From positions 51,980 to 115,979 of the forward strand of contig JBCBCN010000002.1 in assembly GCA_038530555.1 (NCBI GenBank): DNA of 64,000 nucleotides. Reading direction: 5' to 3'. The notes below the pieces were generated by a model, which worked only from the letters and a program-made list of their open reading frames with translations, was not told where the DNA came from and did no database searches. This DNA is from Pseudomonadota bacterium (lineage in GTDB: Bacteria; Pseudomonadota; Alphaproteobacteria; Rhodobacterales; Rhodobacteraceae). This document shows positions 1 through 9,472 of the stretch, piece by piece. The position numbers and the translations under genes are program-made. Position 1 is the first letter of the stretch. Every line of letters starts with the position of its first letter.

Positions 1-46
1 GGCGTGTTCTCGCGCTCAGTCACGTGGCTCGATCCTTCTTGGCCCA

Positions 47-1381
47 ATGCTCGGGCGGTTGCGTCTCTATATGGAACAACATAAGCGCACTGGCCTGATG
101 AACAACACTTCCAATCAAGGGCCATCTGCCACAGGGGCACGTCGTGCCGCGCTTTATGCGCTTGAGCAAGTCTTCGCCCGGCGGCGGATGCTGGGCAAGA
201 TCAACGCCGGACGGGGCGTGGAGGCCTCGGATGCGGCGCGGGCGCAACGCTTGTGCCTGGGCGTGCTCCGGCATCTCAGTCAGATCGACCGAGCGCTGCA
301 GCCCTTCACAGAGCGGACACCGCAGATTCGGACGCGGTGTCTGCTGCGCCTGGGCGCCTATGAGCTCTTGTTCGAGCGGGAGGCCGCTTATGGCGTGATC
401 GACAGCTTCGTGGATTTGGCCAAGCGCGACCGACAGCTCAGCCGCGGGGCGGGCTTCGTGAACGCGGTCTTGCGGAAAGTGGCCGAACTGCCGCCAGCCG
501 AGCCACAGGCCCAACGCCTGCCGCCGTGGATCCGCAAACCTCTTGTGAAGACACACGGACAAGAGGCCGTTGACGCAATCGAAGCTGCGCATCTGGCAGG
601 TGGGCAGGTCGACGTCACTCCGCGCGGGCCTGACATCACACTGCCCGGGCGCGCCTTGCCGACCGGGTCCTCGCGGCTGGAGAAAGGCGCACAAGTTAGC
701 GCGCTGCCCGGCTATCAGAGCGGAGATTTTTGGGTCCAAGATGCCGCCGCCGCTTTGCCGGTCCGCGCCTTGGCGGGGCTTGTGGACCTGAGCGGGGCGG
801 CCGTGCTGGACCTCTGCGCAGCGCCGGGTGGGAAAACCATGCAATTGGCCAGCCTTGGTGCCCAGGTTACCGCGCTCGACATTTCCGAGCCGCGTCTGGG
901 ACGGTTGCGCGAGAACCTCACGCGGACGGGATTGCAGGCCGAGATTGTCTGCGCCGATGCCTTTACTTGGACCGGCAGGCCCTTCGACGCGGTCCTGATC
1001 GACGCGCCCTGTTCGGCGACCGGAACGATCCGGCGCCATCCGGAGCTGCCATTTATCCGCACCGGCACCGAAGTGGAAACCCTCACCCGGTTGCAGATGC
1101 GGCTGATCGACCGCGCCAAGGACTGGCTCAAACCCGGCGGGATCCTGCTCTATTGCACCTGTTCGCTGCTGCCCAACGAAGGCGAGAACCAGGTGAAGGC
1201 CGCGCTGGGGCGGCATCAGGATCTCGGGCTCGTTCCCATCGACGCGGTCGCCCTTGGTGGGGAGGCGCATTGGCAAAGTCCCGCCGGCGGTTTGCGCTTG
1301 CGCCCCGATTTTTGGCCTGAGATCGGCGGGATGGATGGCTTTTACATCTGCGCCCTGCGCAAGACCTCAGGACAGGCGTGA
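47..1381 (+). CDS. rsmB: 16S rRNA (cytosine-C5)-methyltransferase, RsmB/Sun family
   Basis: 444-aa ORF. N-terminal NusB-like region and C-terminal SAM-MTase with LDLCAAPGGKT and DAPCSATGTIRRHPE motifs typical of RsmB. Start uncertain (ATG 47, 71 or 98). Confidence 0.85.
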   Translation: MLGRLRLYMEQHKRTGLMNNTSNQGPSATGARRAALYALEQVFARRRMLGKINAGRGVEASDAARAQRLCLGVLRHLSQIDRALQPFTERTPQIRTRCLLRLGAYELLFEREAAYGVIDSFVDLAKRDRQLSRGAGFVNAVLRKVAELPPAEPQAQRLPPWIRKPLVKTHGQEAVDAIEAAHLAGGQVDVTPRGPDITLPGRALPTGSSRLEKGAQVSALPGYQSGDFWVQDAAAALPVRALAGLVDLSGAAVLDLCAAPGGKTMQLASLGAQVTALDISEPRLGRLRENLTRTGLQAEIVCADAFTWTGRPFDAVLIDAPCSATGTIRRHPELPFIRTGTEVETLTRLQMRLIDRAKDWLKPGGILLYCTCSLLPNEGENQVKAALGRHQDLGLVPIDAVALGGEAHWQSPAGGLRLRPDFWPEIGGMDGFYICALRKTSGQA

Positions 1382-1420
1382 CAGGGCCGGGGTGGGGAAG
1401 TAACCTCGCCCAAGAGAACC

Positions 1421-3319
1421 GTGGCCGCCCGAATGCCACGCAGACGCCAGATTGAGCAGGACACGACCATGATGCCCTTGAAAACCGGCCCTTTGGGAGC
1501 CGCGCCTGGGCCTGCGGAAACCGACGCGCCACGCCCAGCCTGGCGGGATCGTTTGTCGGCGCGCATCCCAAGTTTGATCCGGATCCATGCGGTGAGGTCT
1601 CAGCCGTTGGCGCCCCTGCCCGGCGATCCTGCGCGCGCGCGGCACGCCATGGGCGGGACTTGGATCTATGGCGGTGCGATCCTACGGGCCGGAGACACGC
1701 CGCCTTGGACCCATCCGGTGCAAGGCGAAGGCTGGCGCGATGCGTTGCACGGTTTTGCCTGGCTCGACGACCTCGCGGCCTTGGGCAACGCCGAAGCGCG
1801 GCGCTTTGCGCAAGGCCTGGTCAATGATTGGGCCGGGCGTTTTGGGCGCGGTCATGGCGCGGGCTGGCGGCCCGGACTGACGGGCCTCAGGCAGATGCGG
1901 CTGATCTCGCATAGCGTTTTCCTGCTCAACGGCCTGTTGGAGGATGAGAACCGCCGACTGATGCGCCTGCTCGAGCGTCAGGCGAGCTTTCTGGCGCGAC
2001 GGCACCGGATCGCGCGACCCGGCCTGCGGCAGATAAGTGCGGCCTGTGGCTGGGTGCATTCGGCGATCTGTCTTGATGGGGCAGAGGTGTTCGAAAGCGC
2101 CGCACTGGGGGCTTTGGCAAAAGCCTGTCATACCGGTCTTGGCGCGGGCGACGCGCTAGCGTCGCGCAATCCGGAACACCTGCTCCAGATCTTTTCGCTC
2201 CTGACTTGGACGGCGAATTTGTTGGCCGATCGCGGACGACCCCGCGATCCCAGCCTCGACACCTATATCGCCCGGCTTGCCGCTGCCCTGCGCGCGCTTC
2301 GGATGAGCGATGGTAGCCTGCCGCGCTTGCATGGCGGTGGCCGTGGTCAGCCCGGTCTGTTGGACAATGCGCTGCGGCGCTCAGGCCTGAGGCCTGCGCG
2401 TGCTCAGGGTCCGATCATGGGCATTGCGCGGATCGATGCCAGCGGGGCAAGTGTCGCGCTGGACGCCGCGCCCCCGCCTATCGGCGCGGATCAGGGTCAC
2501 GCGGGCACACTCGGGCTGGAGCTATCATGCGGGCATCAGCCGGTGATCGTGCATTGCGGCTCAGGGGCCCATCTGGGGGCGGATTGGCGCAAATTCGGGC
2601 GCACGACCGCGGCGCATTCCACGCTAGAGCTTTTGGGCTACGCCTCATCGCGCCTGCCCGTTGGGGGGGCCGCAGAGGCCGCGCTGATCGACGGCCCCGG
2701 CGAAGTCGCGCTGCAGCACCGTGTCTCGGGCAGCGCGTCAGGCCTCGCGCTCAGCCACGATGGCTGGCGCGCCTCGCATGGGCTGACCCATCTGCGGATG
2801 GTGCAGTTCGAGCAAGACGGGCGCTTGCTGACAGGCGAAGACGCCCTGGCTGCAATGGATGGCGCGGATCGGGAGCGTCTGGCCCGGATTACACGCGTCC
2901 GCGGCGGCCGGGCGCTGGACTTCGCGGTGCGTTTTCATCTGCATCCCGACGCGCGCCCGACCCTCGATATGGGTGGCAAAGCAGTCTCCGTGACCCTGCC
3001 AGACGGGGATGTTTGGGTCTTTCGCCACAGCGGCGAAGGCGCGCTGACGCTGGAGCCGAGCGTCTATCTAGACCGGCGCCATGTTCAGGCGCGCGCCAGC
3101 CGCCAGATTGTCCTGCGCGGACGCGTCGCGGGGCTTGGCGGCACGGTGAGTTGGCAGTTCTCGCGCCCGGTACTCGCCCCGTCCCGGCGCCGTGCATTTG
3201 CCAAAGCGGCCGGTCCTGGCGACGTTCTGAGCCTGGCCCCGTCAAGCCGGATCGGCCAGGGCAATGGCGCCTCGGCTACAGCGCAAGAAGAGCCCTTGTC
3301 GCTCAGGGACAGAGTGTGA
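1421..3319 (+). CDS. heparinase II/III family protein
   Basis: 632-aa ORF from GTG 1421 (alternative ATGs at 1433 and 1469). HGFAWLDDL-type motif and overall layout recall the heparinase II/III-like protein usually found between rsmB and purH in Rhodobacteraceae. Family recalled from memory, not searched. Confidence 0.6.
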   Translation: MAARMPRRRQIEQDTTMMPLKTGPLGAAPGPAETDAPRPAWRDRLSARIPSLIRIHAVRSQPLAPLPGDPARARHAMGGTWIYGGAILRAGDTPPWTHPVQGEGWRDALHGFAWLDDLAALGNAEARRFAQGLVNDWAGRFGRGHGAGWRPGLTGLRQMRLISHSVFLLNGLLEDENRRLMRLLERQASFLARRHRIARPGLRQISAACGWVHSAICLDGAEVFESAALGALAKACHTGLGAGDALASRNPEHLLQIFSLLTWTANLLADRGRPRDPSLDTYIARLAAALRALRMSDGSLPRLHGGGRGQPGLLDNALRRSGLRPARAQGPIMGIARIDASGASVALDAAPPPIGADQGHAGTLGLELSCGHQPVIVHCGSGAHLGADWRKFGRTTAAHSTLELLGYASSRLPVGGAAEAALIDGPGEVALQHRVSGSASGLALSHDGWRASHGLTHLRMVQFEQDGRLLTGEDALAAMDGADRERLARITRVRGGRALDFAVRFHLHPDARPTLDMGGKAVSVTLPDGDVWVFRHSGEGALTLEPSVYLDRRHVQARASRQIVLRGRVAGLGGTVSWQFSRPVLAPSRRRAFAKAAGPGDVLSLAPSSRIGQGNGASATAQEEPLSLRDRV

Positions 3320-3330
3320 AAGAAGGCGCC

Positions 3331-4917
3331 ATGTCAGACGTTAGACCCATCAAAACCGCGCTTTTGTCTGTCTCAGACAAAAGCGGCCTCGAAGACCTTG
3401 CCAAGGCCCTTGTGGCACAGGGTGTCGCCTTGCTTTCAACCGGGGGGACCGCAGCGGCAATCCGTGCAGCCGGGATTCAGGTTCGCGATGTCTCGGAGGT
3501 CACGGGGTTCCCAGAGATGATGGGCGGGCGCGTTAAGACACTGCATCCGATCGTGCACGGCGGGCTTTTGGCGTTGCGCGACGACGCGGATCATCGGGCG
3601 GCCCTGACTGAGCATCAGATCGGTGAGATCGACCTCCTGGTGGTCAATCTCTACCCGTTCGAGGCAACGATCGCGCGCGGGGCGGATCGCGAGACGGCGA
3701 TCGAAAACATCGATATTGGCGGCCCGGCTATGCTGAGGTCAGCGGCGAAAAATCACGCCTCGGTCGCGGTGATCACCGATCCAGAAGATTACGCGCCATT
3801 GCTTGCGCAAATGTCGGATCACGGCGGCACGGATCTTGCCTTTCGCCGGACGCTTGCTCAGCGCGCCTATGCCCGGACGGCGGCCTATGACAGCGCCGTG
3901 TCGAACTGGATGGCCGCAGCCGATGGGGAAACGACCCCGCGCCGCCGCGCCTTTGCGGGCACGTTGAGCCAGAGCCTGCGCTATGGCGAAAACCCGCACC
4001 AGACAGCAGCATTCTACACCGACGGCTCGACTAGGCCCGGTGTGGCCAGCGCCCAGCAGCTTCAGGGCAAAGCGCTGAGCTATAACAACATCAATGACAC
4101 CGATGCGGCGTTTGAGTTGGTGGCGGAATTCGATCCCAGCGATGGGCCGGCAGTGGCGATCATCAAACACGCCAATCCGTGCGGTGTCGCCCGCGGCGCA
4201 AGCCCGCTTGAGGCCTATCGCAAGGCCTATGATTGCGACCGGGTGAGCGCGTTTGGCGGGATCGTCGCGCTGAACACCGCCCTCGACGAGGCCACCGCAG
4301 AAGCGATTGTCGAGATCTTCACCGAGGTCGTCATTGCGCCCAGCGCCGATAATGCGGCGCGCGCGGTCTTTGCCAAAAAGCCGAACTTGCGGCTTCTGGT
4401 TACCGGGGGTCTGCCCGATCCCGCCGAGCCTGGCCTGACGGTTCGGCAGGTCTCCGGTGGTCATCTGGTGCAAGACCGCGATGCAGGGCGAATTATGGCC
4501 GAGACCCTGCAAATCGTCACAAAGGTGGCGCCGAGCGAAGACCAAATCGCCGATCTGCTCTTTGCTTGGCGGGTGGCAAAGCACGTGAAGTCCAACGCAA
4601 TCGTTTATGCCAAGGATGGCGCGACTGTGGGTGTCGGAGCCGGCCAGATGTCTCGCGTGGACAGCGCGCGCATCGCTTCGCGCAAGGCCGAGGATATGGC
4701 CGGTGAGCTTGGCCTCGAGCAAAGCCCGGCGATCGGCGCGGTCCTGGCCTCAGACGCGTTTTTCCCTTTCGCCGACGGACTTCTAGCCGCGGCAGAGGCC
4801 GGGGCGAAGGCCGTTATTCAGCCCGGCGGCTCGATGCGGGATGCCGACGTGATCTCAGCGGCTGACGAAGCGGGTCTGGCTATGGTATTCACCGGTCAGC
4901 GGCATTTCCGCCACTGA
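3331..4917 (+). CDS. purH: bifunctional AICAR formyltransferase / IMP cyclohydrolase
   Basis: The ORF track gives 2527..4917. The PurH homology starts at the in-frame ATG 3331 ([24 protein letters not shown]...), which has a purine-rich stretch upstream. MGS-like domain, KTLHP, and C-terminal FTGQRHFRH end. Confidence 0.95.
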   Translation: MSDVRPIKTALLSVSDKSGLEDLAKALVAQGVALLSTGGTAAAIRAAGIQVRDVSEVTGFPEMMGGRVKTLHPIVHGGLLALRDDADHRAALTEHQIGEIDLLVVNLYPFEATIARGADRETAIENIDIGGPAMLRSAAKNHASVAVITDPEDYAPLLAQMSDHGGTDLAFRRTLAQRAYARTAAYDSAVSNWMAAADGETTPRRRAFAGTLSQSLRYGENPHQTAAFYTDGSTRPGVASAQQLQGKALSYNNINDTDAAFELVAEFDPSDGPAVAIIKHANPCGVARGASPLEAYRKAYDCDRVSAFGGIVALNTALDEATAEAIVEIFTEVVIAPSADNAARAVFAKKPNLRLLVTGGLPDPAEPGLTVRQVSGGHLVQDRDAGRIMAETLQIVTKVAPSEDQIADLLFAWRVAKHVKSNAIVYAKDGATVGVGAGQMSRVDSARIASRKAEDMAGELGLEQSPAIGAVLASDAFFPFADGLLAAAEAGAKAVIQPGGSMRDADVISAADEAGLAMVFTGQRHFRH

Positions 4918-4938
4918 TCGCGAACAGGATTTGAGTTT

Positions 4939-5283
4939 ATGAGATTTTTCAGTGTGTTCTTTTTGGCCGTGACCCTCGCGGGCGCGTCACATGCCCAAGG
5001 CGCGCAAGCGCTTGAAGGTCTACAAAACATCGCCAGGCAATTGTGCAACTGGACAGGCAATCCGGTAGATCCCAGCGGTTTGGCCGCTGCGATTGACGGA
5101 CGGTTGGGCGACACCATGGGCGTGCGCAACACAGATTCGATCATCGGCTCGGTCTACGCAACAGATCCCGCCGCTGGCGCGCAGATCTGGGCGTCGAACA
5201 TGACCCGGAGGGCGGGCGGCTGTGAACGGCTGATCGGAATTCTGGATCGTCCCGCGGCCGAGGTTCTGGCTGAATTGGGCTGA
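4939..5283 (+). CDS. hypothetical secreted protein
   Basis: 114-aa ORF filling the purH-lspA gap. N-terminal Sec-type signal (MRFFSVFFLAVTLAGASHAQG). No recognisable domain. Confidence 0.5.
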   Translation: MRFFSVFFLAVTLAGASHAQGAQALEGLQNIARQLCNWTGNPVDPSGLAAAIDGRLGDTMGVRNTDSIIGSVYATDPAAGAQIWASNMTRRAGGCERLIGILDRPAAEVLAELG

Positions 5284-5298
5284 ACCGGAACAGGCACG

Positions 5299-5769
5299 AT
5301 GCGGTTGCTTTTCATCTCAGCACTCGCGGCCTTCGCCGTCGATCAACTCAGTAAGATCATCGTGGTCCATGCCATGCGTCTGGACCAAGTCTTGCTGATT
5401 GAGGTTCTGCCGCCTGTACTGGTCTTTCGCATGGGCTGGAATCGCGGGATCAATTTCGGCCTGTTCGATGGCGACAGCGACGTGCTCCGCTGGTCGCTCA
5501 TAGCCCTGGCCGTGGTGATATCGTTGATCATTGTGCTTTGGGCGCGGCGGCAAAGCCGTCCGATTGCACGCGTGGCGGCGGGGATCCTGGTGGGCGGTGC
5601 TTTGGCCAATGCGCTTGACCGTGTGATCTACGGCGCGGTTGCCGACTTTTTGAATATGTCGTGCTGTGGGATCGTGAACCCGTTCACCTTCAATCTGGCG
5701 GATGTGGCGATTTTCGCGGGCGCGATTGGGCTGATCTTCTTTGCCGATGATGCCGAGAAGAAAGCGTGA
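5299..5769 (+). CDS. lspA: lipoprotein signal peptidase II
   Basis: 156 aa with four hydrophobic segments. DQLSK, WNRGINFG and NxxDR / FNLADV motifs of LspA. Confidence 0.9.
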   Translation: MRLLFISALAAFAVDQLSKIIVVHAMRLDQVLLIEVLPPVLVFRMGWNRGINFGLFDGDSDVLRWSLIALAVVISLIIVLWARRQSRPIARVAAGILVGGALANALDRVIYGAVADFLNMSCCGIVNPFTFNLADVAIFAGAIGLIFFADDAEKKA

Positions 5770-5815
5770 CCTCAGCCCGGCCTTGCGCTAAACACCCCTG
5801 TGGATGGAGGCGTGG

Positions 5816-6328
5816 ATGAACAAATCTCTCGGATTGGCGCTTTGCGTCGCATTGGGCGCTTTGACAGCTTGCGGCCGCGACGCGCCACAGCTTTTGAACC
5901 TCGGCCGTGACCAGGGCCCGGGGCCCGATGAGTTTGCCATTTTGCCCACCAACCCGCTGGAAATGCCCCAAGACCTGGCAAGCCTGCCGACGCCCACCCC
6001 CGGAAGCGCGAACCGCGTGGACCAAGACCCTGAGCGGGCCGCAGCCCTGGCCTTGGGCGGCAACGTCGACGCGGCACCCTCGGGTGGCGCCGGTTTGGTG
6101 ACTTACACCACACGGTTTGGCGTCGCAGACGGGATTCGCGGCACGCTGGCCGCCGAAGACCTGGCGTTCCGACAGCGCAATGACGGTCGCGTGCTCGAGC
6201 GGCTATTCAACGTGAACGTCTACCATCGCGCCTATGAGCCGGTATCGCTCGATCAATATGCCGAGCTAGAGCGGTTGCGCCGGGCGGGTGTCCGGACACC
6301 GGCGGTTCCGCCCGAAAACGCAGAGTAA
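5816..6328 (+). CDS. DUF3035-like lipoprotein
   Basis: Lipobox at MNKSLGLALCVALGALTAC-G. The ORF track starts at 5804, but ATG 5816 gives a canonical lipoprotein signal. Pro-rich low-complexity body as in DUF3035 proteins, which commonly follow lspA in alphaproteobacteria. Confidence 0.65.
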   Translation: MNKSLGLALCVALGALTACGRDAPQLLNLGRDQGPGPDEFAILPTNPLEMPQDLASLPTPTPGSANRVDQDPERAAALALGGNVDAAPSGGAGLVTYTTRFGVADGIRGTLAAEDLAFRQRNDGRVLERLFNVNVYHRAYEPVSLDQYAELERLRRAGVRTPAVPPENAE

Positions 6329-6353
6329 ACCCGCGCTCCGGCGTGCTCGAAAG

Positions 6354-6387
6354 CCGATCAAGCCGCAAATCACGGGCTTGTCGGTTT
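6354..6387 (+). terminator. possible intrinsic terminator after the DUF3035 gene
   Basis: CCGA(T)CAAGCC - 10-nt loop - GGCTTGTCGG stem (10 bp, one bulge) followed by TTT. Confidence 0.4.
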
Positions 6388-6463
6388 CACGTCAGCTTTG
6401 CGCGCCCTATCTGATAGGTAGCCTCGGAAAGACGAGAGGCCAAAGCTCAGATAAGGAGAGCCC

Positions 6464-7807
6464 ATGTTTGCGCGTATTATCGTCGCTTGCGCCCTAGTCT
6501 TCAGCCAGCTCAGCCCGGTCTGGGCGAATGGCGAAGTGACCGAGTTCACCTTGGAAAACGGGCTTCAGGCCGTCGTCATCGAGGACCACCGCTCGCCCGC
6601 TGTGGTCCATATGCTTTGGTACCGGGTCGGCGCCGCCGATGAGCCGCCGGGGCAATCAGGCATCGCGCATTTCCTGGAGCATCTGATGTTCAAGGGCACG
6701 GACACGGTGGCATCTGGGGAGTTCAGTCAGATCGTCGAGGCCAATGGCGGCACAGACAACGCGTTCACCTCCTGGGATTACACCGGCTATATCCAGCGTG
6801 TGGCCGCGGACCGGTTGCCCCTTTTGATGGAGATGGAGGCTGATCGTATGGTCAATCTCCGCCTGCCCGAAGATGAGGTTATCACTGAGCTTTCCGTGGT
6901 CCTGGAGGAGCGCGCGCAGCGCACCGATTCAAGCCCGGGCGGGTTGTTCCAAGAGGAGGTGCGGGCGACGCTTTACCAAAACCACCCCTACCGGATCCCG
7001 ATCATTGGCTGGCGTCACGAGATCGAAGACCTGACGCGCGAAGATGCGCTGGCGTTTTACGCCGACCATTACGCGCCCAATAACGCGATCCTGATCGTGG
7101 CGGGTGATGTGGACCCCGAGGAGGTGCGCGCCCTCGCCGAAGAGCATTACGGGCCCATAGCGGCCAATCCCGAGATCATCGAACGTGTCCGGCCCAGCGA
7201 GCCACCGCAGGAGGCCGCGCGCATCGTGGTCTTTGAAGATCCGCGCGTGGCACAACCCTATGTGACCCGAAATGTCCTGGCCCCCGCGCGTGAGCCGGGC
7301 GCCCAGGAAGAAGCGGCGGCGCTGACCCTCTTGGCCGAGCTTCTTGGCGGCGGGGCGACCTCGCTGATGAATCGCGTCCTGCAAACCGAAGAGCGGACAT
7401 CGCTCTTTACCGCCGCCTATTACAATGGCCTGTCCTACGACGACGGCACTTTCACCCTGCTCAACGTGCCGGTGCCAGGCCGGTCGCTTGAGGAGGCGGA
7501 GGCTGATTTCGACCGCATCATCGCGCGCTTTTTGGAGGAGGGGATCGACCCTGAGCAATTTGCCCGCGTGAAGTTTCTCTATGACGCCTCCGAGATCTAC
7601 GCGCTGGACAATGCCTCGGGCCGCGCGCGGCAATACGGCGTGGCGCTGACATCCGGGCTGACCGTTGCGGATGTCGAGGCCTGGAACGACGTGATTGCGG
7701 CAACCACCATCGAGGATGTGATGGCAGCCGCCGAGACCCTGTTTGCCAATCCCGCCACCGTCACCGGTTTTCTGACCACCCCGAGCCTTGAGGAGGCGAC
7801 GCAATGA
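6464..7807 (+). CDS. M16 family zinc metallopeptidase (pitrilysin-like, active subunit)
   Basis: Signal peptide followed by an inverted zinc motif HFLEH (HxxEH) and a downstream E. 447 aa. Confidence 0.85.
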   Translation: MFARIIVACALVFSQLSPVWANGEVTEFTLENGLQAVVIEDHRSPAVVHMLWYRVGAADEPPGQSGIAHFLEHLMFKGTDTVASGEFSQIVEANGGTDNAFTSWDYTGYIQRVAADRLPLLMEMEADRMVNLRLPEDEVITELSVVLEERAQRTDSSPGGLFQEEVRATLYQNHPYRIPIIGWRHEIEDLTREDALAFYADHYAPNNAILIVAGDVDPEEVRALAEEHYGPIAANPEIIERVRPSEPPQEAARIVVFEDPRVAQPYVTRNVLAPAREPGAQEEAAALTLLAELLGGGATSLMNRVLQTEERTSLFTAAYYNGLSYDDGTFTLLNVPVPGRSLEEAEADFDRIIARFLEEGIDPEQFARVKFLYDASEIYALDNASGRARQYGVALTSGLTVADVEAWNDVIAATTIEDVMAAAETLFANPATVTGFLTTPSLEEATQ

Positions 7808-9129
7808 TCCGCCAGCGTTTCGCGATTGTCATTCTGGCCGTGATCGGCCTGCCGGGCTGGACGCCTGCCGCCGCCAATGTGGAGATCCAAGAGGTCACCT
7901 CACCCGGCGGCATAACGGCCTGGTTGGTGCAGGACAATTCGATCCCGTTCCTGTCGCTCGACATCCGGTTTCAGGGCGGCAGTTCGCTCGATCGGCCCGG
8001 TAAACGCGGCTCGATCTACATGATGACCGGCTTGCTCGAAGAGGGCACCGGTGAGCTTGATGCCCAAGGCTTCGCCGCCGCCTCCGAGGATTTGGCGGTG
8101 CGCTTCGGTTTTGAGGCCTTCCGCGACTCTGTCATTATCGACGCCTCGATGCTGACCGAGACCCGCGACGCATCGGTCGATTTGCTGCGCCGTGCGCTGG
8201 TTGAGCCGAGCTTTCCCGAGGACGCCATCGAACGCGTGCGGGGTCAGGTGATCTCCGTGATTTCCGGCAATGCTCAAGACCCCGACGACCTTGCCCCGGA
8301 CCGGTTCGCGGAGTTGGCCTACGGCGATCATCCCTATGCGACCTCCCAAGAGGGCACCGAGGAGAGCATCGCGGCGCTCACCCGCGACGATATCGTCGCC
8401 GCGCATCGCGACGTCTTTTCCCGCGACCGGGTGTTTGTCGGCGCCGCGGGCGACATCACCCCGGATGAACTTGGTCTGCTGCTCGATGAGCTTTTGGGCG
8501 GATTGCCCCTGGCCGAAGTGCCCTTGCCGGGCCCGGCGCCGTGGGAGCTGAGCGGTGGGATCACGGTCGTTGAATTCCCGACGCCTCAATCCGTCGCGCT
8601 GTTTGGGCATCCGGGCATTGAGCGGGATGACCCAGATTTCTTCCCGGCCTTCGTGCTCAATCAGATCCTGGGTGGCGGCAATTTCCGCTCACGCCTACAA
8701 CAAGAAGTCCGGGTTGAGCGTGGACTGACCTATGGCGTGGGCACGTTCCTGTCCCTGGCCGATCATCGCCCGATGCTCCTGGGGCAGTTTTCCTCGTCGA
8801 ACAACCTGGTATCAGAGGCGATCGACGTGGTGCGCGCCCAGTGGGAGGATCTGGCCGAGAACGGTGTGACGGCGGAAGAACTTGAGGCCGCGCAGCTCTA
8901 TCTGACCGGCGCCTATCCCCTGCGCTTCGGCGGTAATTCCAACATCGCAGGCATCATGGCTGGGATGCAGCAGGACGGCATGCCCATCGACTACATCAAC
9001 AGCCGTAATGATAACGTCATGGCGGTGACCCAGGAGGATGTGCGCCGGGTCGCAGAGCGGTTGATCCAGCCCGGTGAGTTGCATTTCGTCGTGGTGGGAC
9101 AACCCGAAGGTCTCGACAGCACGAACTAG
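7804..9129 (+). CDS. M16 family peptidase, non-catalytic partner subunit
   Basis: 441 aa with a signal peptide and M16 fold-like layout, but no HxxEH. ATGA start/stop overlap with the upstream M16 gene suggests translational coupling. Confidence 0.8.
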   Translation: MIRQRFAIVILAVIGLPGWTPAAANVEIQEVTSPGGITAWLVQDNSIPFLSLDIRFQGGSSLDRPGKRGSIYMMTGLLEEGTGELDAQGFAAASEDLAVRFGFEAFRDSVIIDASMLTETRDASVDLLRRALVEPSFPEDAIERVRGQVISVISGNAQDPDDLAPDRFAELAYGDHPYATSQEGTEESIAALTRDDIVAAHRDVFSRDRVFVGAAGDITPDELGLLLDELLGGLPLAEVPLPGPAPWELSGGITVVEFPTPQSVALFGHPGIERDDPDFFPAFVLNQILGGGNFRSRLQQEVRVERGLTYGVGTFLSLADHRPMLLGQFSSSNNLVSEAIDVVRAQWEDLAENGVTAEELEAAQLYLTGAYPLRFGGNSNIAGIMAGMQQDGMPIDYINSRNDNVMAVTQEDVRRVAERLIQPGELHFVVVGQPEGLDSTN

Positions 9130-9424
9130 GCTCAGGACCCACTAATCCTGCTGCGCTGGCGCCAAAATCGCGAAATATCAGTGGTTTGGGACGCGCAGAA
9201 CATAGTGGGTCCATTTTCAATCGGTCCAAGCCGCTGAGATGAAGCGATCTCGGCGTCTTCGATGGGGCTGATTTTCGGACTGGGCGTTGTCGCAGATCGT
9301 TGAAATAGAACCACTATTCCTGCCACCCGTTCGCGTTTCCCTCGGACCGGTGGCGGTCAACGCTCACCTAACCAGTCAGAAAATCTGTCCCACCAGCGCT
9401 GCAGGATTAGTGAGTCCTGAGCCT
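9128..9424. mobile_element. MITE-like non-autonomous element with 32-nt terminal inverted repeats
   Basis: AGGCTCAGGACCCACTAATCCTGCTGCGCTGG (9128-9159) is the reverse complement of 9393-9424 at 30 of 32 positions. There is ~233 bp between the arms with no credible ORF. An internal copy of the subterminal motif (CCACTATTCCTGCC) lies near 9311. Confidence 0.5.
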
Positions 9425-9472
9425 GACACCAAAGCGTTTCGAATCGGGGGCGGGCATGCTACTGCTTGTGGT

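Noticed and set aside
20-1276. 418-aa minus-strand ORF antisense to rsmB. The same applies to other long antisense or overlapping ORFs: 3739-4722, 6929-7804, 16027-16839, 34967-35794, 37055-37930, 45232-46122, 47033-47791, 48223-49017 and 61749-62864.
   Set aside because: Each lies entirely inside a gene with clear family motifs on the other strand. Their translations are Arg/Ala/Gly/Pro-rich and low-complexity with no motifs. This is the typical stop-codon-poor antisense frame of a high-GC genome.
2527-3330. An in-frame 268-codon extension upstream of purH, which would give a 796-aa protein.
   Set aside because: It overlaps the heparinase-family ORF in another frame, its translation is Arg/Pro-rich nonsense, and PurH homology begins exactly at ATG 3331.
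9287-9472. A 62-codon N-terminal extension of mutL in the ORF track.
   Set aside because: It reads through the inverted-repeat element and has no MutL homology. The conserved ATPase N-terminus starts just after ATG 9473.
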